From Octopus bimaculoides (Eukaryota), in contig NC_068989.1 of assembly GCF_001194135.2 (NCBI RefSeq), positions 65,289,135 to 65,353,134 of the forward strand: DNA of 64,000 nt, read 5' to 3'. The position numbers were made by a program, and so were the translations under genes. The notes under the pieces are model-generated. The model ran no database searches, was not told the DNA's origin, and was given only the letters and a program-made list of their open reading frames with translations. This document shows positions 12,985 to 26,926 of the stretch, one piece after another. Position 1 is the stretch's first letter. Each line of letters starts with the position of its first letter.

Positions 12985-13851
12985 CTTCCACTCTTTCTCT
13001 GTATATAAATGTGCGTGTGTTCTTGTGTGAGCGTATGCATGCGAATATGTAAATGTATCTATGTATATGTACTTATTGATGGGTGAAATATATTAGGTAA
13101 TTGTCAGCTATCATTATTGCGTTAGATAAATAGTGATTTATTGATTAACTGATTGATTTCTTTGTTGTTATGAAGCAAAATATAGGGAGAGAGAGGGAGA
13201 GAAAGGGAGAGAGGAGAAAGAAAGAGAGCGATAATAATATATAATATATAATAGTATACTTTTATGATGGTGCAATAACTGTTTGTGATATTAAATGGAA
13301 TATAAATATGAGGTGAAAATATCTACCAAATATAATTAACAACCTATTTATTGTGTTTTTTTTTTACGTGGCCAGCAAAATTATACTTAAATGGAATATT
13401 ATATAGGAAAATTCTATTTAGTTTTGTTTTATAAAATAAAACGCTGATATTTGCTTGCTTAAAAACGTCAGCCATTTGCATTAGTGTTTATGAATAAACG
13501 TTGATTATCTCTCTATAATAGTAACCGAAATGTATATTGGTTGGCTGGTTGGTTGGTTGGTTGGTTAGCTGATTCTCCAGTCTAGTCAAAATTTACATCG
13601 CACATAGAAACAGAGTAAGGAATATAGATATGAGGAGAGAGTTAACACAAGAGGTGCAGAGTAAATGAACATACTAGGCCTTGTTGGGGGTGAAGTGTAA
13701 ATGAACGCTCCACATACAACAAGAGAGAAAGAATTATATTAACAGAGTGAGGGGGGGAGAGGAGTAAGAGAGAGTTTATACACACACATACATATATATG
13801 TGTGTGTGTGTTAACATGTGTGGTAATATGTTCGTTTCAGGGTGACACAGT

Positions 13852-13899
<48 letters not shown>

Positions 13900-15106
13900 C
13901 ATACACACACACACACATATATATACATATATATATGTACGGAGAGAAAGAAGGAGGGAGAGAGAGAGGAGGAGAGAGTGATGAGGTCGAGTGAATGTGA
14001 ACTTCTATAATAAAAAACGTCATAACGGACACTAATTTCCTCTTCATATTTTTTTCTCAACATGTATATTGGTTCATTTAATCTTATTTTAAAGCTATGA
14101 ATATTTTTCCCTTCCAAATTTGTGTTCATTTCATAATTTACTCTAAATAATGAAAAAAAATATCATAATTAATGTATGTGTAACATATTTCCTGTATACT
14201 TCCCACGTTACTCGTTAAATGACGAGTAACACCCCACGATAAAATAAGCCACATGATGTCATTCACATTTAACTCCCCTTATTACAGCTTTATTATTTGA
14301 TAGAAATTTCCTCGAATGTGCAAATGAAAATTCCTACAGCCTATATTAATATATTTACGCCTTATCTCTCTGCTTCAGTCCCAATACCCGCTTTGGAAAT
14401 TTCAAACTCGAGAAAATAAGGAGTGTCAGCAATATATATATGTATGTATAAAGACAAAAATTAAAAACATATATATATATAAATAAATAATTGGCAGAAA
14501 CTGCTAATATTATCCCTACTACCATGTTAGGCTGAATGTGATGTAGTATCATTTATTTGTGCTTTAGTATTGTTGTACATTTTTACCATATAAAACGCTG
14601 TAATACGGAAAATATTTCCCGGACGTGTGGCTGGTTCATGTCTAAACGTAAGACCTCTGACTTCAATACTCATAGATAACCGTGGTAATCTAATGAAACT
14701 CTATTGAAATTGAACAGATGGCAAGTAACTCCGCAAATAATTCGGTAACAAATAAAACCTTGTTTCTCTTCCATGAAATAAAACTATGTTTCTCTAGCAT
14801 ATACACATTTTTAAAAAAATGTTATTAATGGAAATAATTCCATAAACGCAATGGTGCTACCGTGTCAAGTGTACTTGTACAAATTTTATTACAATTTTTT
14901 TATTATAATCATATTCGTGTACATTTTAGAGAAGTTCTTCAGCTCAATGGTTGGGTTGAACAACAGTTGTGGAATAGTGGCAGGATTGAAAAACAGTTGG
15001 GTATAGTGGTGGATCTCCGTCGTTAGACGATGAGGCTTCAGTCGTTGGAACAAAAGAAATACCTACTCCCTGAATTAGTTGATAAATGACTAACTATTAC
15101 ACAGAC

Positions 15107-15347
15107 ACGAGAACCTTTAACGTAAATCTCTGGCGAAATCGGCATTACTCGTGAGTGTCATAAGGCTATGGTTTTCGAATTACAAGTACAATGGACTCGC
15201 TGGCTTCAGTGAAACTCAATTTCACTGAAAATTTTATGTTCGAATATAGACTATAGAAAGATGATACTTTCACATCATGCCACAGATTGGGAATGAACCC
15301 GGGCTCTTGCTGTTGCAAATTGAGCTTCTTAATCATTCAACCATACT
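15107..15347 (-). mobile_element. Decayed tRNA-derived SINE
   Basis: Antisense tRNA-like head (gggaatgaacccgggc = B box; aatcattcaaccatac = A box) at 15289-15347. The body boundary is approximate. Confidence 0.5.
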
Positions 15348-15715
15348 AAGTCTGTTTAGGAACAATAGCACATTACAAAGAAAGAACTTGATTCTAATGA
15401 ACTTTTAACAAACACAAAACAAGATAGACTTAAAACTTCAAAATTAATAATCTAGGAAATCGATAAAGTGTACTAAAATGTATAGGATTCGCTGGAAAGA
15501 TGTTCATGATATACAAAGGATTATGGGTAGTAACTATAGTAGGTTGATTTTGTTAAAATACGCAAATTAATCTAGCCAGTCAGTTTATTTTGGCCACCAG
15601 CATCAGTATGTCAACAATGGATGGATAAGGAAGGCAGGTACTGGCTGGCGAGACTCCATTCAGAGTGGAAATATCCAACATATATAGTCGTTCCTTCTTT
15701 TCTTTCCACAAATAC

Positions 15716-15751
<36 letters not shown>

Positions 15752-16569
15752 CTCCCTCCTTCTCTCAATCTCTCTCCATATATATATATATATATATCTA
15801 TATATATATATATATATATATGCACGTAGTGTTTACATTTGTCATGACTTACATGTAGAAATTATATATNNNNNNNNNNNNNNNNNNNNNNNNNNNNNNN
15901 NNNNNNNNNNNNNNNNNNNNNNNNNNNNNNNNNNNNNNNNNNNNNNNNNNNNNNNNNNNNNNNNNNNNNNNNNNNNNNNNNNNNNNNNNNNNNNNNNNNN
16001 NNNNATATGATAAATGAAAGACGGAAAATGGAATACACGAGAATTTTTATTAAACTCGGCAATTATTTCGACACATCGTTCTCTCTCGGGTGAGACAGTT
16101 AACAACTGCTTCAGGGGCATCCGGCGGCGCAGATGTGTCTTATTGAGTGACAGATAGATACAACTCGTTAAAATAACAATTCCGCAATGTGTCTTCTCTT
16201 TTCGTAGGAAAAAAAAAGCAGCGGAACGAAGGAAATATCTTCATTTATATAGAAGATCAAAAACAAAACCACAGATACAAAAAAGAACCGGACACGCAAT
16301 ACACCGAGAAAAGTATTACAACCAAACATTAACAGATATGGATGTATAAACGTCCTCGCGCAAGCTCCATAGCGCGTGTACACTCGCTCATACACTCATC
16401 CACGAAAATGTAAGCACACCCGCACGTGTGATTTGGTGCACACATGATCACAAAGCGAGTTAAATGGCCACTTGAACTGCGGGGAGGTTAAAGTTAAACT
16501 TAATTCACTCATACCTTGAAGTAAATTATGTTAACAGTTACTCAAATTCATTCCCACTGCAATGTGCGA

Positions 16570-16850
16570 AAGTACATTTATATGCGTGTAGGCGACTCGA
16601 GTCTTTCAGAAATTTTAATGATGATTTTCTCATTGGTCCACAGAATAGACAGGGATTCCTCGGAGCAGAGTTGGCATCTACTGAAAATGATATTGTATGC
16701 TTTTGTGTGCCTTACTATGGACCAAGTTATGTTATACTTAATTTTATTTTCCCCCAGTCGCCACATAAAATCGGCCAAGGATGTTGAATGTCTCATTGAT
16801 TCTCTTGACGCTGGCAACATGGTTGCGATAAAGATACTTAAATATATATA
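16570..16850 (-). mobile_element. Penelope-like GIY-YIG endonuclease C-terminal fragment
   Basis: Minus strand gives YRNHVAS..(frameshift)..RHSTSLADFMWRLGENKIKYNITWSIVRHTKAYNIIFSRCQLCSEE, matching the PLE pattern RYRNH..SF...STxLSxxxWxLK...IxWSI...Y...RCxLCxxE. Confidence 0.7.
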
Positions 16851-16924
16851 GTTAAAATTTCAATATATATTGTCCCTCCTTTCCGCGGTTATCTTATATT
16901 ATACCATATTGTATAATGTTGTAT

Positions 16925-16957
<33 letters not shown>

Positions 16958-17839
16958 CTGTGTGTCTGTGTGTGTGTCTGTGTGTCTGTGTGTGTGTCTG
17001 TGTGTCTGTGTGTGTGTCTGTGTGTCTGTGCGCGGGCGCGCGTAATTATACATAATTATACTCGTAGATTTATTATAACATAAATTGTGCGCCAGGAATT
17101 CTTTGTTTCATTATAGCAACAAAAGAAAACACTGTTCACATACCAATAATTCAATATTCAAGCAATCTACGGAGAATATGCAAAAATACACAAATTAGTT
17201 TATTGTAACCATTAATATCAGTGGATTTATAAGCTGTTGATTTCTGGGTTGTTGAAATATGCACATGCAGCGGACCCTTCATTTTTCAGACTGTTTAGCA
17301 TGCATCGATTAAGTATCAATTTCATGAATAGACGTTTAGTGCACCAATCAACTGACTGCCCATCGTAGAAAGCGACGGAGAATTAACCGCCTTATTCACT
17401 GGGCATTTGCATGTTGCTTTTGGGTATCCAATATGTAACATATTTCAATGTACGGTTTCTGTTACTTCACCCATAGAAATAAGACTTTCGCCTAGGACCA
17501 GCTATATCATTGACCGAATGGCATACGCATTCATAAGCGATATAATCACACGTGCGCATGCGCTCAGACACGTGATGTATCCAACACCGAATAAACCTTT
17601 CCTCAGATTTAAGCATCAAACCGAATCAGACACCACGGCATAGAACCAATGGGAAATTGGCATTCAGACCAAGTGATTGACAATTAGAATTTTCAAACGA
17701 AGTTGTGAGATTATGTGAAGAAAGGATTAAAGCATAAATTATATCAGACGATTGTTGTACATCTATACAATAATCTCTCTGTGTGTATACATATGTATGT
17801 ATGTATGTTTTTATGTATGTATTATGTATGTATATATGT

Positions 17840-18013
17840 ATGTATTTATCTGGCTATCTGTCTGTCCGTCTGCCTGACTGTCTGCCTGTCCGTCTGTCTG
17901 TCCGTCTATCTGCCTGTTCATCCATCCATCCATCCATTCATCCATCCATCCATCCATCCGTCGATCCATCCATCTACCCATCCACCCAGTCATCTATCTA
18001 TATACTTATCTAC

Positions 18014-18073
<60 letters not shown>

Positions 18074-18090
18074 TTATTTATCTATCTATC
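17840..18090. repeat. Compound tetranucleotide array (CTGT)(CCAT)(CTAT)
   Basis: Directly visible succession of related tetramers. Confidence 0.9.
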
Positions 18091-19093
18091 TGTAGGATTG
18101 AAAAAAGGTATTCACGAGGCTCACAGACATTGAACCACTTTATTGGTAATGTATTTGTATTTTAAATATATAATATATAACGTATTATAATTAATAATAA
18201 TAAAGTTAATGTTTAAAAAAATAAGTATATATAAGTATTTATATGTATGTATATATATTTTTTCTTTTGTGTGTATGTGTTTATATGTGTGTCAGTGTCT
18301 GCGGTATGACTGGATGAGCGATTATGTGTTTGACTATCGGAGTGCTTGTAATTACAAATTCATGCAAAATTAGGAAGAATTAACGAGTAATTATTTAATT
18401 CAACATTAGTGACTTTATCAAACTAATCATCATTTTTTGCTGACATATATGCTATACATTATACTTAAGGAAAAGTCATACTGTAAGGCTTCCGATAAAA
18501 CCATGAAAGAGATATACGTAGATGTTAAAATATGTATTTCATCTGTATTCATGCAACATAATGTTCTAATTTTTTTGAACTAAAAGTTCCATGGCTTACG
18601 CACACATGTAAATATGTATACATGTATGGATATTTATATATATATATATATATATNNNNNNNNNNNNNNNNNNNNNNNNNNNNNNNNNNNNNNNNNNNNN
18701 NNNNNNNNNNNNNNNNNNNNNNNNNNNNNNNNNNNNNNNNNNNNNNNNNNNNTATATATATGTGTGTGTATGTAAGTATGTATGTATGTATGCATGTATG
18801 TATGTATGTATGTTAGTATGATTGATTAAATAAGAAAAAGTACTTAGTGAATGTAAGAGAAGTTACTGATTCCATCGAACTGCAAGAGCGACAGAGTGAA
18901 TCATCTGTATAGAATGAATACACATAGCTATATTATATGTGTTTATGTACGAATTATATAATGCATACATACATACACAGAAAGACAGACACACACACAC
19001 ACACACATATGTATGCAGTCATATCAATACGTATATGCATAATCATACATACGTACATGCATAGACAAACATCTCTCTCTCTCTCTCTGTCTC

Positions 19094-19176
<83 letters not shown>

Positions 19177-19770
19177 ATATATATATATACTCATGAGTGT
19201 GCGTGTGTATGCTGTGAAGCGAATAGTAGACAGCTAATGAAACGTAGATATCTGATAGAGAATGCGTCAAAAGTGTTATAGATAATCCTTTAAAGTCGGT
19301 ACATATACCACGCTCTGACATACGATCTAACGAATAATGGCGATGTCATTGTTGACTTCCGGGTGTCTGTCAATTGACTTTTAAAATTTCGCAGTTTATG
19401 GGGATGTTTTCATAAACCTAACTTCGGTAGTCTCTTTGATTTATTTTTATACGTAGGCCATCACTTTCCACGCAAGCACACCCTTACACACACAAGACAC
19501 ACACAACACACACACACATACATACACACACACATACACACACACACATACATACATACATACACACACACATACACACACACACACACAAGCAGACGCA
19601 CGCACACACGCGCACACAGACACGCACAAACACACACACAGACGCACATAAACAGTCAATCGCACGGGAACACGTGTCATTGTGCATGTATGTATGTATG
19701 CATGTATGTATATATATATATATATATTTACATATAAGCATACACACATACATATACATGTATATGTGTA

Positions 19771-19805
<35 letters not shown>

Positions 19806-21003
19806 NNNNNNNNNNNNNNNNNNNNNNNNNNNNNNNNNNNNNNNNNNNNNNNNNNNNNNNNNNNNNNNNNNNNNNNNNNNNNNNNNNNNNNNNNNNNNNN
19901 NNNNNNNNNNNNNNNNNNNNNNNNNNNNNNNNNNNNNNNNNNNNNNNNNNNNNNNNNNNNNNNNNNNNNNNNNNNNNNNNNNNNNNNNNNNNNNNNNNNN
20001 NNNNNNNNNNNNNNNNNNNNNNNNNNNNNNNNNNNNNNNNNNNNNNNNNNNNNNNNNNNNNNNNNNNNNNNNNNNNNNNNNNNNNNNNNNNNNNNNNNNN
20101 NNNNNNNNNNNNNNNNNNNNNNNNNNNNNNNNNNNNNNNNNNNNNNNNNNNNNNATATATGCTCTTACACACGCACACACAAACGTATATATATTCCTAA
20201 GTATGCATTTATGTGCATATACATTAATACCATGTATATATGTATACATACTAGACATATAGATATTTATGCAATTTTTACTGTTATATTGATCAATTAT
20301 TTCACTCAAAGTTTGAGTTTAATATTCAAAGCACCAAGAGATACAATAAGGTCTCATAGACGTATGAGAAAATAAAAATAAAATATACCTAAAAGCAAAA
20401 CACCGCTTTGGCATACACGCATACACAACTCACAGAAATATACACACATGTAAATACATATACACATATACATACACACACATAAAATATATATACATGC
20501 ATGCATATGTATTTATATGTCGGTTCCTGTCATCATTGTATAGTATTGATTTCTCTGTTTTGAGCACAATTTTAAAGTTAGTGTTAAGCAATATTTATAC
20601 CCCGACTATTGATTTTGATAAAGAGTAATATATGAAAATGCTTTCAAGTCAGTCATCAGGTAACCATGGCAACTCGATATTTAAATGAGATTTTTTTTCT
20701 CTAAACAAGAAATGTTTTTGTTTTTTTTTTATTTATTCTCTCTGTATTATATAGTAACATAATTCCATCTAATATTATCATTTCAATTATTTCTTCGTAT
20801 TTATTGGCAATATATAACTATTCGAATATAACATGAAATTGGAAAGAAAAAAAAACAAAAACAAAAACAAACTAAAACCGAAAAGAAGGATCTTAGTTGG
20901 TAAGTTTGTGTTTGAAAACCAATAGGATCGATTATTGTTGTTAGTTTGTTTGATTTCGGAAATTGCCATTCACAATACCTAAAATAATGATAATAATAAT
21001 GAC

Positions 21004-21180
21004 TTCACTTTTGGCACAAGGCCAGAAATATTTTGGTAAGTGAAAAACTTGATTACATCGACCCCAATGCTCCACCAGTTTTTAGAATTTATTCACACTG
21101 AAAGGAGGGAGGGCAAAGTCGATGTTCACGCAACTCGAGTACACAATGAAAGTAATGCCACTGAGCATTTTATCCAACTC
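21004..21180 (-). mobile_element. SINE family A, decayed
   Basis: ttggcacaaggcc...gattacatcgaccc...gaaagg...ggcaaagtcga is the reverse complement of the family A tail and core. Confidence 0.7.
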
Positions 21181-21510
21181 GCTATCTATTTAGTGAGCTC
21201 ATCCTCTCCTTCTTGATAATAATAATGTGATTTTTTTTTCTTTCAGGGAGAGGGATTTGCTGATTATATCGAAGGCATTACTCGAAAGAAATATCGCTAA
21301 CGACTGTGCCAGCTCACGATCTGATTAAAAATAGTAATAGACCTTTCTACTATTGGCACAAAGTCAGAATTTTTAGGGGAAGGGATAGTCGAATTACATC
21401 GACCACAGTACTCTACTCAACTATTATTACTATCATTATTATTATTATTATTATTATTATTGTTGTTGTTGTTGTTACTATTATTATTATTTATGGTAAT
21501 AATAATAATA

Positions 21511-21720
21511 TTTTCTACTCTGGGCACAAGGCCCGAAATTTTTGGTGAGGGGACCAGTCGATTAGATCGACCTCATTACGCAACTAGTACTTAATTTATC
21601 GACCGTGAAAGGATAAACGGCAAAGTCAACCTCAGCAGAATTTGAACTCAGAATGTAGCGACAGACGAATTACCGAAAAGCATTTCATGCAGCGTGCCAA
21701 CGATTCTGCCAGCTCACTGC
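21511..21720 (-). mobile_element. SINE family A, near full length
   Basis: Antisense head aacgattctgccagctc, B box tttgaactcagaa, core gaaaggataaacggcaaagtc, tail gggcacaaggcc. Confidence 0.85.
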
Positions 21721-21766
21721 GTTAATAATAATAATACTAATAATAATAAAAATAATAATAATAATA

Positions 21767-21798
<32 letters not shown>

Positions 21799-21829
21799 AA
21801 TAATAATAATAGTCAAAAAAGAGAGAGAG

Positions 21830-23208
21830 GGGCAAAATCAAATGTATGGACGGGCTATCGATACAGTCGGGGGTGGTTATGTAGCAGATAGCAGAGACGG
21901 GCTATGAGTACTTGAGGGTTTTGGAAATGGATAAGTTGATGGAGAAAGAAATGACAGAAAAATTTAAGGTGGAGTACTTGTACAGACTGAGATTGATTCT
22001 TAATCGAAATTAAACGGACAGAATAAGATCGAAGCTATCAACACCTGGGCGGTTTCACTCCTTAGATATGGAGCAGGGGTAATCACATGGACAGTAGACG
22101 AACTAAACAACTGAGACAGAAAGACAAGGAAGTTGCTCACTAGATATGGGACATTCCACCAAAAAAGACACACTGTATGTACCAAGAAAAAGAGGGGGAA
22201 GAGGACTTATTGGATGCGGACACAGCATTAGAGGAGAAGAAAACAACATAGCATGGTATGTAAAAGAATGCCGCAGAACCGATGTTATTAGAAGTAAGAA
22301 GGTCAGGCTTGTGTCGGATGAAAGATTGCAACGATAAAGCATTGTACAAGCAATTGAAAACGAATGAAATTGAAATTAGGTGGGTAAAGAAAAGAATGCA
22401 TGGACAATTTCATAGGGATGTTGAAGATAAGACAGACAGAGACAAAAATGGCTGTGCATGACTTAAAGTGATTGAAAACCGGAAGCTGAGCCTTTAATCT
22501 GTACTGCCCAAGAGCAAGCACTAAGAACAAACTGCATAAAATAGAGAATAGACAACACATCAGAAGGTGATAAGTGCAGAATATGTGGACAAAATGGTGA
22601 AACCGTATAGCATATTACCAGCCAATGTACGCCACTAGCCCAGAAGGAATATAATAGACGCCACGACAATATAGCAAGGCTTGTCCATTGGACACTTTGC
22701 AACATGTATGGACTTGACAGAGAAAAAAATTGATACGACTACAAACCTGAAATGATAATGCAAAGGTCCTGTGGGATTTTATGATCCAGTGCGACCATGA
22801 GATAGAGAATAGAAAGCCGGACATAAAGCAAACTATGCTGGGTCATAGATATAACATGCTCACCTGACAACAAGGTATGCGATAAGGAAAAAAGAAAAGT
22901 CGATAGATCTTACAGGTTAGCTTGGGAGGTTAAGCAGTTGTGGTCAATGAAAAAGTTGGTAGTAGTGCCAATTATTGTCGGAGCCCTGGGAACAGTGAGT
23001 AAATATCTTGAGAAATACATGGATTAAATAGGGGCTGCAATAAAGGTAGAGCACTTGCACTAAAAAGCACTGCTTGGAATGGCTCGAATACTCCGGAAGG
23101 TGCTCGAGAAATATGAGGTGTTATCTTAGTTCACTGGTAGTGAACAGCTGACACCGTAGTACACCTCCAGCTTTAGAAGTTGTGCAAAGGCAATAATAAT
23201 AATAATAA
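21830..23208 (+). mobile_element. 5'-truncated R4/Dong-clade non-LTR retrotransposon (RT thumb, CCHC knuckle, RLE endonuclease), decayed
   Basis: Motifs KIEAINTWAVSLLRY, LYVPRKRGGRGL, AQEQALRT, CRICGQNGETVxHITSQC (22575-22628), RRHDNIA, RKPDI (22811), PIIVGALG and RILRKVLE. The 3' UTR ends in (AAT)n. Many stops and frameshifts. Confidence 0.9.
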
Positions 23209-23556
23209 GTGACAAACAGTGCCACGTGAAACATATCATACAGCACAGTTAAAACTATACCTGTGAAGTTTTCCTCAGAAAAAAGTTAACAATATGTACT
23301 CTGAAAACAATGAAACAACTAGATATTATACCAGAAAATTAGTGATAGCATTCGTAAAACACTGATGCTGTCACACCGATATGTGACGTATGGCACGACG
23401 TAAATCTGTGCAGGCAAAGCCGAATTGATGGAGTGAATTGATCATGAGCACGAGCATTCGTTTTGATAAAGTGTAACATAGGAAAATGCTTTCGAGTCAG
23501 TATTCAGGTAATCAAAGTGACTTGATATTATTTTCATTGATATTATAACATTGCAA

Positions 23557-23770
23557 GCGTGGCGAGCGGACAGAATCTTTGGCACACGGGGAAAATTACT
23601 TAGCGGTATTTCGTCCGTCTTTATGTTCTGAGTTCATATTCATCGAGGTTGACTTTGCCTTTCATCCTTTCAAGGTCGACAAAATAAGTACCAGTTGAAT
23701 ACAGGTGGCGATGTAATCAACTTACACGATCTCCCATAATTTCTGGCCTTAGGTCAAATTTTTACACAAA
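23557..23770 (+). mobile_element. SINE family A
   Basis: ggcgagcggacagaatc head, ttctgagttca, gactttgcctttcatcctttcaaggtcgacaaaataagtaccag core. Confidence 0.85.
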
Positions 23771-25199
23771 TGTTATAACCTTGCAGGTCATTATTTTCTC
23801 TACGCACGTAATTAAAAATCATAAACTGTGAATTTATCTGTTCAACACTTCTATCAATTTTGGATACGACAGAAACGGTATAACGACACTTTTATGCCTT
23901 CACGACAATTATGAGGGAATTTTTACTATTGGGTGGTAATTCCAAGTGAAATGAATACCTGATGAGGATGCATTTAAGGCCTGACGAGGGATTAATATAA
24001 CTGTGGATTTAGAAATTCATAGTAATTCATAAATTACTCGTTTGTCATCAAAGATTAAACACCTATTTTCTTTTACGTATGGATTTTACTGATTGCATCG
24101 TTAAATCTGTTTAATACTTCAATGCGTACAAAATTTTACTCGCCGTCGAGAAGTTCATCAGTCTGACTTTCTTGCCTCTGTGCGAACAATGGCGGAGATA
24201 TTTTCATTTTTCGTCCCCCTGACTTGGACAAAATAAGTATAATGAAGTATTAGAAACGAATCAAGTTTGATTTTTATCTAACCGTGAATATGTGTACCAA
24301 TATTTAGAAATCAATATTTCATTCGAAATGTTTTCATTTATGTAAAAATGTTTTAATTTAACAAACAAATGTTTCTGTAGTTTTCGTAGAACTACAGTGT
24401 CAATTACGTGTGTGTTAATTAAACAAACGCTTAAATATAACATTAGCTATTAACATCAGGTGACTGTCTGTATGTTGCTGTTTCAGATGTTGTTGAACCA
24501 TAAAATTAACGGATATTTTCACTAGATTTATCCGAAAATAAAAGAAAGAAAGTAAATGATGCAAAACGAAACACTTTTAGAAGTGTACAAAAATATTAAC
24601 GAACACTTTTTTTAGAAACAGTTCAGATTTGTGCAACATTTTATTATTATTTTTTTTTTTTCAGTCTCAACATATTCCTCATAGAATGTCAGAAAAAAAA
24701 GCATCTGTTATACAAGTGGAGTATCAAACAGAGAACAGTTTATGTGGTCGATTGAACTCAATCATAAAACTTAGTATCTATTCCTTACATTGATGGCTGT
24801 AGATGACGAAATCAGTAAAGCGTGTTATAGCGGTATCTAGTTACGTTAATTTATATTCTGAGTTGAAAAAAACGTCAGAAAAGTATTTTTTCTTTAATTC
24901 ATCTCATTTTCAATATCAGTTATTGAACAATCCTTCAAAGTTTAGTGTCCTTAATCCAATGTTTGGACACTGGCAGAAGTCATTAAATGATTAGTTTATC
25001 ACATTTAACTACTGAAATGACAGAGAAGAAAAACAGAATCACCATCGACGCGAATTGAACTCGGAAAATAGATATACAATTATAGATAAAATAATGACAA
25101 CATTCTTCCGGTGTTGTACTGTTTTTTTTTAACTCCAATATTTATTCAATATGTTAGAAATTTCCGTTCAATACAACACACTTAAAATGCCTTTTTCAT

Positions 25200-25367
25200 A
25201 ATGGTTTCTAATGAGTACAGGATATGAAATTTTACTGCTTTTATCGATCTGAAAGTCTGAAGGCAAAGTTAATCGCGGCAGGATTTGATCAGAGAACATA
25301 AAAAGCCAACTGAGATATCGGACATTTTTTTTTTCTGAGGCTTTAATAATTTTGCCATTCCAGCGCC
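25200..25367 (-). mobile_element. SINE family A, decayed
   Basis: ttttatcgatctgaaagtctgaaggcaaagttaatc is a degenerate antisense core. Confidence 0.55.
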
Positions 25368-26365
25368 TTCAAAATATCTTCCGAACGAGTGTGGGAACCG
25401 CTACTATACTGAGGGACTGATACACGTGCCTGCAAAATCTTTCTCAAACTCCAACCTGCTGTCTTAAAAGTGGAGGAACTACACATTAAATAACGTGGTA
25501 ATAGATATAAAAAAGAAAACTGACAGGATGGTCATACTTGGAACACATTTGATTCTAGGCCTTCTCGTTCAGGTCTGACGTCAGGGAAACTACTACAACA
25601 GTAAAAAAAAATAGGAAAATCGGAATTTTCTTCGTCACAATGGTTCTATAGGATAGAGATGCAAATTGTAACAATTCGCTAAAACATTAACAGTATAAAT
25701 GAATTCAAACGACTTCGACTGGGAACCTAAATCATAAAGTGCATACCTTTAAGTGCTTTTGAAACGCTTTATTTTTGCTCCGTAGTAATTTGAGAATAAT
25801 ATACAGGTTTCTAAGTTAAAGTATATTGTGCGGCTTCACATCACTGCTTCCATAGATTTAACTTCAATAAAAAGTTATTTTACTCCAATAAATGTTTTCT
25901 GTTTTACTTTTTAGATACATTTTCTTTCGCTGTTCTGAGTGGTTGTTGGAAGTAAAAAACGCATTGAGAGACAAGTATCCAAAGAATGCGCTCTCAAAGA
26001 CATAATCATGAAATAAAATAATAAAAACTACAGACAGCACAAAAGAATTTGAATTTAATATTGTTCAGGATCAGTGAATGACCTAAAATGATAAGACACC
26101 TCCCCGAATGCGAAACAAAGAGGATCTTTTCATAACCGGGAAAATCATTTAAGAGTATAAAAACTGACAATGATAATCGTAAAGGTATGAATGTTACATT
26201 TCCAGATAATCTATCCTATAATTTAGGGCGTTTCAATCGGGCCAAGATGAAAGAAATTGGAAATATATTGGTCTCACAGATTTACCCCATTAAATAGCTT
26301 GTATATATGTATGTGTGTGTGTGTGTGTGTATATATGTACATGTGGATATACATATATATGTTCA

Positions 26366-26435
<70 letters not shown>

Positions 26436-26709
26436 AGAAGAGGGAGAGAAAGAGCGAGCGTTTGTGATAATGAACGAGAGATATCAATTCATGTTTTAGA
26501 GTTTAAATATTGAATTTATTTGTTTATTCGTCTCATGGCATCCGGAGTGATACTTAGAATTTTCGTATTTCATGTTTCTCTCAGAAGGCAATAAATGCCA
26601 ACAGGCTGAGACAAAATAACATTCGAGTGCAATTCAAGATGGTGCTGCTACATGAACAAATTAGTAGCTGATACAGGTCACGTGCCGTTTGCATATCGAT
26701 TCAGACACA

Positions 26710-26806
<97 letters not shown>

Positions 26807-26813
26807 ATATATA

Positions 26814-26926
26814 GTCAACCTGAGGTTATAACAGAAGACACTTGCCTAAGGTCCCATCCAGTGGGACTGAACTCAGAACTACGCGATTAGGAAACAAACT
26901 AATTGTCAAACCGCCACACCTGGACC
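26814..26926 (-). mobile_element. SINE family B, 5' head fragment
   Basis: gaagacacttgcctaagg...gtgggactgaactcagaac matches the antisense head of 59963-60400. Confidence 0.7.

Noticed and set aside
14207-14230. 9-bp perfect hairpin gttactcgt/acgagtaac
   Set aside because: Short enough to occur by chance in 64 kb, with no supporting context.
15601-15650. Possible micro-exon HQYVNNGWIRKA
   Set aside because: Weak donor (gtactg) and no partner exons.
23957-24000. Two hammerhead-like heptamers (CTGATGA, CTGACGA) in tandem
   Set aside because: Neither is followed by a stem II plus GAAA.
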